From Rhynchopus sp. YZ270_cl-10 (lineage: Eukaryota): a stretch of DNA of 64,000 nt. The DNA lies in contig OZ037833.1 of the NCBI GenBank assembly GCA_964035575.1, positions 2,046,001 through 2,110,000 of the forward strand, given 5' to 3'. How positions within the stretch are numbered: the stretch's first letter is position 1; each line of letters opens with the position of its first letter. A program made the translations under genes and the position numbers. Under the pieces are notes generated by a model that made no database searches, was not told the DNA's origin, and saw only the letters and a list, made by a program, of their open reading frames with translations. Positions 56,943-64,000 of the stretch are shown in pieces.

Positions 56943-58066
56943 TTATTTCGTACGCTTCCACTCATCGAATCCTTCAAGAAGCGCGCCGTTAACTACACTG
57001 CTCATGATACGAGCAGAGAAGCCTGCGTAGAAGAACAACCTGACGCCACCTGCTGCGTGAACTCCGTTTTTGAAGACATCTCCGTAGCCTCCCTTGGCGC
57101 TGATCAGGTTTCTTCTGATGGTGTCCCATGGGTAGGAAAAGAGCGAGCCGCTCATGGAGATTGCCATAGCGTGGAAGAAGCGTCTGATGGTGCCCATCTC
57201 CTCCCAGCGTGCACCGTAGTGGTCCTTCATCAGATCCCATCCTCCAAGCTGGAGACCACGGAAGATCATCAACCCAGGGGCGTCCATCATGAATCCTCTG
57301 TAGAAGCCCTTCATGCCATGCTCGGAGTGAACCTGTTTTGCTGCATTCCGCCATGACCCAGAGTTCTTTGTTGCAAGTTGTTGCCGCATCACATCAAGCG
57401 GGTACGCCCAAACCAATGCAGTACCCACACCAGTCGCAGCGCCAGATCCTACCTTGCTGAAAAAGTATTTCGAATACTCGGTTTTCTTGTCATAGCTGTT
57501 AAAATGTGAAATTTTGGGGGTGTGGGAGGGGGAGGTGTGGAGGGGGGGTGTGGGAGTATGCAAACCTCGGAACGTAACCAGAAATCGCGTCCTTCATGAA
57601 GAGATGGATGTATTGAGACGGAGCCCATCTCACCAGGGTTGGTGTCACACCACGCCATGGTGCGAGGTTGCCTTCTGCCCTCATTTGGTGGATGGTTTGG
57701 CTGAGAGACTGTTGAGGGGGGGTGTAATGGGGGGAAAGCAGAAAAAAGAACATACTGTAAGAGAAACACCGCTGTAGGTTTTGTTAAGATGCTGCGTTTG
57801 CATGAGCAATCTGATACGCTCCACTGTGGGTGGGTGGTGTACAAAGGCAAATAAAAAAATACACAATTCTTGCAATACAAAACCCTCTCGCGACAGTAAT
57901 GAGTGACAGGCCAAATCATCCCAGAACACCATGAAACACTATGAAACATACTTGGGTAGAGCGTAACCTTGACTGTGAACGGAACTGCCTGAACAGCAGC
58001 GAAATGCCCCACCTTGCGAAGCGTGCCAGACACCGAGTCTATTTGTGTTTGCTGTGCGGTTGCCAT
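56943..58066 (-). CDS. Mitochondrial carrier (SLC25), ADP/ATP-carrier-like, four exons
   Basis: Spliced YPMERIRLLMQTQ, EGNLAPWRG...RWAPSQ..FMKD, YPLDVMR, YPWDTIRR. Confidence 0.8.
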
Positions 58067-58765
58067 TTTCGTTTTTTTTTCTACCCCAATACGAGTATAC
58101 GGTCAAGTAAAGGTGTTTTTTTGGGGGTATTTTCCTTAGTTGTAAGATATCTGGCATTTGGAGAGGTGTTGTGTGTTGGGGGAGTTGGGGACAAAAAAAA
58201 ACGAAAGAACCAAACGTCTCTGGGACAGCAGAGACCCCGCGGGTTTATCGAAACCCGGACAAAAAAAGAAATATACGTCACCCTCAATCATTGAATGCCA
58301 ATCTACAATACAGAAGGTCTCTCACACAATGCACACTATGTGTGTGTGTATTTTTCATGAGATGAGTCATCCTATGACGTTTAAATTAAACAACCAGGGC
58401 TATTGTACTTAAAAGATACAGTCTTTTTTTTATATAGCAATTACCATCGCTCTTTTTTAGATCTAAATAGTTTTCGCCCCCCTTTTGCGCTTTTGTTTTT
58501 ATCAAAGAGACAACTCTGAACACCTCATCCCTCCCCCCAGCACAGAGGCCGTACAGTCTTCCCTTTGTGAGACAAACATTGTTTTTTCATCTTGGCAACT
58601 TGGTAACCGGCCTCCACGTTTTGCCTATCAAAAAGCGGTCGACAACCACCTTCATTAAGGTCGTTTCTATACCCAACATATGCATGGACAACCAACCTCC
58701 CTCCCGGCACAACATTGCTCTTATTTCCGCTTTACTAGAGGCATATTTCACACCGAAAAATTCGA

Positions 58766-59380
58766 TCATTCATTCACCGGCTCAACACTACCTTGCTGGA
58801 CCAAGGCCTCCGCCTCCTCTTGCGTCACAATGAAGAGCTTCCCCCTTCGCACTGCATGCTCCTGCCCTGTTTCGGGCGACATATAGGTGAAGTCTTTTAG
58901 ACCGCGTACGGAGACCATGTCTGTTACGTGGGGAGGTCTTCTGAGAGAGGCACGGAGGTTGAGACCGTGGGACTCCATGTAGGCGGAGCAGAGGCTCGAG
59001 TAGGAGCGGAAGAAGGTGTTTTCGGCGGGGCTGAGGCAGGCGGCGGTGGGGCCGGGGAGGTTCTGTCCGACCTGCCAGTAGGCGTCGGTGAGGGCGTGTT
59101 CACGCATTCTGGCATAGGTGTGGAGCATGCGTTTGTTGCGCAGCGCGCCCTCACAGAGCAGTGTATGCGTCGAGTAGTACTCCCGAAAGTCCACATTAGG
59201 GTTCTCCCGCAGCATCTCCGCCTGCTCCACCTGCACGCTCATCTCCTTCTTCACCTTCTCCACAGACTCTGCCGCATACTGTGGCAATCTATCCTGAGCT
59301 CCATGTGCGCGTTTGCTTGACCTAATCAACTCCGACGCACACCCACCCCAAGCAAAGCCTCCCCCCGCCTCACCGCTCAT
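58766..59380 (-). CDS. PSF1: GINS complex subunit Psf1
   Basis: LRNKRMLHTY..MR, LSPAE..FF..Y, PP....VSVRGLKD, AEALVQQG. Confidence 0.85.
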   Translation of the reverse strand: MSGEAGGGFAWGGCASELIRSSKRAHGAQDRLPQYAAESVEKVKKEMSVQVEQAEMLRENPNVDFREYYSTHTLLCEGALRNKRMLHTYARMREHALTDAYWQVGQNLPGPTAACLSPAENTFFRSYSSLCSAYMESHGLNLRASLRRPPHVTDMVSVRGLKDFTYMSPETGQEHAVRRGKLFIVTQEEAEALVQQGSVEPVNE

Positions 59381-60150
59381 TATAATACCTGTGGAAAAGG
59401 GGTGGAAGAAGAGAGAGAGAGAGATGAAGATCGATATGGTAGGTCAAACATATTTATGGCGATGGAGGTAATATTGAATAGTTCGTGCATATACGCTTGG
59501 AGAAGGAGAAGAAGGTGGAGAATAAAGTCCTCTAGTCCTTCGATACCAATGTGACTCAGCTACAGTTACCTCTTTTTAAAAAGTGCCCGTGGAGAGCAGG
59601 AGATGCAAGAAGAAGCCCGTGTGGAGCTCGGGGGGAGAGAATGCCCTCAATTAGGTCAAGAAAAGTTGGGATGGTGCAAAGGTGGAAAAAGGGGTATGGG
59701 GAGAGAGGGGAGGTTGCCTTTTAAATAGGGAGCAATTTATTGGTATTACAACTCTTTGAAAAGAAGGCAACTGTGTGTGTATGATGGAACCCGAACTGAG
59801 CCAGAATTGAGAAAAAAAAGGGGATTTTTTTTTTTTGTGAGGATGAACCTAAGCCTCACTTTCAATAATTAGTTGAGGGGGGAATCGTTTCCGCCGAAGG
59901 GCCTGCCGGTTGCTCTTTCTTTTTTGCAGGCAGGGCGCACTTAGACATACTAAAGGTCCAACAGTGCACTTCAGGCCGGCATATGGAGAACAGTGTTGGG
60001 ACACAAGCAGAAGGGGAACACAACACAACACAACGCACTATGTAAATAGCGCATCGAAGTGTCCCTAATACCCTCAATATGGTACCTAATACAAACAACA
60101 TTGGAGATGCTACATTGTTTAGAAAGCTGTTAAACACTATTAAGAATCAT

Positions 60151-62748
60151 TTATATCGTTTCGGTTGGGCTGCTCATAACTGTGTCTGCCTGCAGCAGTT
60201 CTTTCCACCGTGCAACGTTCGATTTGAGCTGCTCCAATGGCCACGACACACCGGGGAACGCCTTTGCCAGCGTTTCGTACGTAGGCATGGCGGCGTCCTC
60301 TATGAAGTCGAGCTGTCCCCTTGCAAGGTAGACCAGGTCCGTGACCCCCTTCTTGCTTGATTTGGTGCTCTCTGCAGAGGATTCCGCGCCTTCGCCCTTC
60401 CAGTGGAACTCCTCGGTGACCAAGACACCCCAATTTTTGCTGAGGTTGAAAGGCTTCGTGACGTTGCTGATGTCTGCAGATTTAAGGAGGAATTGGCATA
60501 GAAGCTTTGTGTGCTCTCGATTGTCGCGGATGTAGCCCGCAAAGAAGATGCACCGCGCCCGCTGCAGCAGCTGCGAATGTTTCGCCATATCCGTGCTCAA
60601 GATGTTGCTCACAATCATGTGGTTCAACTCCGCAATCAGGTCTTTGTCGACACCAGAGAAGATGTCCAGCTCCTCCTCCTCCAGGAGCTGCAGACCCACA
60701 TGGCAGTGGTGCACCTCCAGCACAGACGTCGCTCCCGAGGCAGAGGAGAGAATGCCCAGCGGCGACTCTGTCGTGAAGTGGAAGGAGTTGTTGAGCCCCA
60801 TGTGGTCGATGTCGTGCAGCAGGCCCGACACCATCAGCGCAAACACCTCGAGATCCGAGATAGACGTACGCAGATCGCCTTTGTGCAGATACGTGAACAG
60901 TGTCTGCGTCACATCCGCTGCATGCAGGAAGTTGTGATACGGAAGGTTCCTGTACTTCGCACGCACCGCACACAAGAAAGTAACAAACTTGACCACAGGG
61001 AGGGAAAAGAGGTTGAACAGATCGAGCCGCTGGAAGAGGCTGACGATGACCTGCAGAAGCTTGTTCGCTTGCTCGGGGCTGCGGAAGGCGTCGATATTGA
61101 ACTCACATGAGCACGCAAGCTCGATCTCCTCCTGCGTGAGGCTGCACTCCATACAGAGGCTTACCTCAGAGGAGTGCACCTTGAACGACCTCCGCAGCTG
61201 TGTGTTGTTACGCTTTCTCGTCTTCACAGAGCGTGGCGAGCTCCCCTCTGAGAGCACCTCAAGCTGCTTCTCAAACAACGCCATTGTCTTATTACGCGAC
61301 TCCAGCACAAAGTCATACAACTTCGAGTTACTCAACGTCACCCCTGCGAAGTGCGCAAAGTAACGAAGTGTCTCTTCATCCTCTGTTGTGAAACCGCCTT
61401 TATCGTGTTTATTGACTACTTGGGCAACCGCGATGACTTGCCCCATATAGTGCACAGGCATTGTGAGGAGGGAGCGTGTTGTGAGGCCTGTTTGTCTGTC
61501 AATTTCTGGGTTGAACCGTGAGTCGGAGTAGGGGTCCTTGAGGTTTAATATTTCGCCCGAGGTGAAGACAGTGCCTGCAATGCCTTTGAAAGATGCAAAG
61601 CGGATCTCGCCGTGCTCGGAAGGTGCGTAGAGTTCGTTCTTCTCTTTGTCGACCATGAAGAGTGTGCAGCGCTCTGCATTGAGCACCGCTGCTGCACCGC
61701 GTGATACATCCTCCACTACTGTGCCCCACTTCCGCATATCCGCCTGCGACAGCGTCTCCAGCACAGAAATAAAAAACTTATTCTTTTGCATCAACGACTC
61801 CTGCTCATTATACAACTCTGCATTGTGAATCGCAAGCCCCGCAAACGCAGCATACGTCTTAAACAAATTCAAATCCTCCGAAGTAAACGTGCTGATCACC
61901 CCATTCTCGGTTTTGTTCAGCAGCTGCGCCACCGCCACAATGTCACCATCGCAGGTAATCGGCGCACAGAGCAGACTCTTTGTCCTATACCCAGTCATAT
62001 CGTCCACAGTTCTGTTGAACCGTGTGTCCTCATAGGCATCTGCCAGGTTGATGTGCACCCCCGTTGTCGCACAATGCCCTGCAAGCCCTGTACTTTTGTG
62101 CACCCGGATCACTTCTTCTGATTTGATTTGCGTTACCAAGAAGTCATCTTCGAGAAGAAACAGAGAGCACCGATCTGCATTCAACAACTCCTGGCAAGAC
62201 TCAATGATACACGGGAGGAGCACCTCAGAGTGCGTCACATTCGAGCACAGATCCAAACTGATGTGCAGCAATTTTTCAAGAAACTCCGGCCCAAGACGCT
62301 CTGCCGCGCTGAGCGACGTTTTCTTCCTTGCGACATACGAAGACTGCCTACCGAATGATATTGAAGACTTATGTGCCGCACCATCATACGTCCCGGTTTG
62401 CTTGAAAAAAGACCGAGTGGTCTTGAGGGTGTGAAGGTTGGAAGTCGGCAGCTCACCCCCTCTCAATGAACCCGACCTATCAAGATCCAGGTCTTCCTTC
62501 GGAGGAGGTGCTACTGCAGGAGGAGGTGGATGTGGTGTCAGGCTCTTTCCGCATAGCTCGTTCGCTGGTGCCTTCTTGAGGAAGGGGTCAGGAGAGGGAG
62601 ACGTCTCGCAAAGCGCAGAAAACATATCGCGAAGGTGTTCATAAGGGTTTTCAGGGAGTCGTGTGAGCACGTCAGAAACGGCCTCGTTGATGACCTCGTG
62701 TAGCTTCCATTTTTCGATGTATTTGTCATATCTTGCTCCTTCGAACAT
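60151..62748 (-). CDS. Class I cyclic-nucleotide phosphodiesterase with two GAF domains (PDEB-like) and an N-terminal Dpy-30/RIIa-like motif
   Basis: GAF NK..F..ED motifs twice; YHNFLHAADV, HDIDHMG, LEVHH, TDMAKH, ADISN, GQLDFI. Confidence 0.93.
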   Translation of the reverse strand: MFEGARYDKYIEKWKLHEVINEAVSDVLTRLPENPYEHLRDMFSALCETSPSPDPFLKKAPANELCGKSLTPHPPPPAVAPPPKEDLDLDRSGSLRGGELPTSNLHTLKTTRSFFKQTGTYDGAAHKSSISFGRQSSYVARKKTSLSAAERLGPEFLEKLLHISLDLCSNVTHSEVLLPCIIESCQELLNADRCSLFLLEDDFLVTQIKSEEVIRVHKSTGLAGHCATTGVHINLADAYEDTRFNRTVDDMTGYRTKSLLCAPITCDGDIVAVAQLLNKTENGVISTFTSEDLNLFKTYAAFAGLAIHNAELYNEQESLMQKNKFFISVLETLSQADMRKWGTVVEDVSRGAAAVLNAERCTLFMVDKEKNELYAPSEHGEIRFASFKGIAGTVFTSGEILNLKDPYSDSRFNPEIDRQTGLTTRSLLTMPVHYMGQVIAVAQVVNKHDKGGFTTEDEETLRYFAHFAGVTLSNSKLYDFVLESRNKTMALFEKQLEVLSEGSSPRSVKTRKRNNTQLRRSFKVHSSEVSLCMECSLTQEEIELACSCEFNIDAFRSPEQANKLLQVIVSLFQRLDLFNLFSLPVVKFVTFLCAVRAKYRNLPYHNFLHAADVTQTLFTYLHKGDLRTSISDLEVFALMVSGLLHDIDHMGLNNSFHFTTESPLGILSSASGATSVLEVHHCHVGLQLLEEEELDIFSGVDKDLIAELNHMIVSNILSTDMAKHSQLLQRARCIFFAGYIRDNREHTKLLCQFLLKSADISNVTKPFNLSKNWGVLVTEEFHWKGEGAESSAESTKSSKKGVTDLVYLARGQLDFIEDAAMPTYETLAKAFPGVSWPLEQLKSNVARWKELLQADTVMSSPTETI

Positions 62749-62894
62749 CTGGTTACCTTTTTTGGTTAACCCCTAATATGGCCAGCTCAAATTGGGTGAT
62801 TGTGTGTGGGATGAGGAGGAGAAGGGGAGGAGGAGGAGGTTTTATGCTGAAGGATAGGGGTTGAAGGTCGATGAGTGTACGCAGATACCAAAGT

Positions 62895-62941
62895 AAAGTT
62901 GATAGTGCAAACGCCTCTGCGACGCAAAGCACTGACACTCC
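62895..62941 (-). other. Dispersed hairpin family C copy
   Basis: Sense strand AGUGC-UUU-GCGUC-GCAGA-GGCGU-UU-GCACU-AUCAACUUU. Confidence 0.75.
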
Positions 62942-63674
62942 AAAACTTTCTCAAAAACCCCTACTAAAAAGGAAGGATTGTTGAATTTTTTTTCTGAGAA
63001 AGTACAAAAGAAACTCTTTTGAAAAACTACAGATACTAAAAGGGGGGCTTTACTGGAGTAAGGGGGGTAAGAGAAAAACAAAAAGAAAGAAGGGGAGGCT
63101 TTTTTTGTTTGCAAGAAGTTTTTACTTCTGACGCCAAAAAAGGAAAAAAAAAAAAAACGAAGGAACTGAAAAAAGTCAACAAAAAATAATATAATGGAGA
63201 ATGGGTTTGGCTGGTGTATGTCCCTTAACAATATACGTTGTTAGTTGGTTAACATTTTTTTTTTTTGAGGAATTTTGCGGACGTTTTTGCATAGGATAGA
63301 AAATGGTGAATTAGCCACGCAAAGAAACAAAAAAAGGGTGACAATTACCAATTAAACCAAAAGTTCCCAAACTCCGATATTTAAAAAAAAGAGGGAAAAA
63401 ACAATCAAATACAGCTGCTCTGGACAATGAGAGACAACTGACGTTTCATAACGCGAATAACGCTACTTTTATTTTGTGGGAAACGGGCGCCTATTTTTGG
63501 GTTAGATTAGTGGTGCAAACCATTTTTCCCTGCATCATTCTGGTAACTTTTTTTTTATGCGTTTTTTTTTTCGACAAAACAGGCAAAGGGCAACAAAAGG
63601 ACAACGTTTGCAAAAAAGCATCTCGACTGAGAATTTCTCATCTTATTTTTGCTTTGCTTTGTTATTCTGCCTAA

Positions 63675-63863
63675 TCAGGGCATGTTGTCCCACACGTACC
63701 TGTCACGTGGTCCGTAGGCGTTGGTGGTGTTCGTTGCTGTCGCGTGGGCGACGAATCCTCTGCGCTCCGTGCGAGTCGAGTTCTTCTGGTCCTTCGACCC
63801 CTTCTTCTCGTCCTTGTTCCGTCCGTGACGCACACCCTTCCTCGAGTTTCTGGATCCAGACAT
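63675..63863 (-). CDS. Possible small basic ORF or first exon
   Basis: GC-richer island with ATG and a GTACGT donor-like site; no partner exon found. Confidence 0.3.
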   Translation of the reverse strand: MSGSRNSRKGVRHGRNKDEKKGSKDQKNSTRTERRGFVAHATATNTTNAYGPRDRYVWDNMP

Positions 63864-64000
63864 AGTGAGAAAGAGAAAAAAAAAGGAAATAAACTGTTAG
63901 CAAAAAGACTCTGTATTGGGGTTGATTGTGGTTATTTTTTTTCCCTCGAAAATTTTCATCAAACATCCCCTGCATTCTTTTTGCAATACTAAAAATGGGC

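Noticed and set aside
63675..63863. Upstream exon of the PDE gene
   Set aside because: Joining its donor to the AG before the PDE ATG gives the wrong frame

Overview
Eukaryotic nuclear DNA. All ~22 recognisable protein genes lie on the minus strand, and several contain short canonical GT(ATG)..CAG introns. Together with a PDEB-like GAF-GAF phosphodiesterase, this suggests a euglenozoan-style co-transcribed gene array with cis-introns, most likely a diplonemid (inference). Genes include an ExeM/NucH-like nuclease, three kinases, a GT47 exostosin, a degenerate receptor cyclase, a NagB-NagA fusion ending in a PTS1-like CKL, two PTEN/tensin-like paralogues, a front-end desaturase, CCDC39, Rpn12, an ADP/ATP-carrier-like protein, Psf1 and the PDE. 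Mobile DNA comprises a 3.9-kb RT-RNase H retroelement with perfect split direct repeats but no tyrosine recombinase and an internal hairpin array, two hAT-type MITEs with 8-bp TSDs, two TA-flanked MITEs (one nested), and an LSU rRNA fragment. The most striking unexplained signal is three families of short dispersed hairpins (about 30 copies). All copies I found are co-oriented with the genes, they show compensatory or wobble-preserving variation, and most lie just downstream of stop codons. All calls were made by eye from motifs; no searches or folding programs were run.
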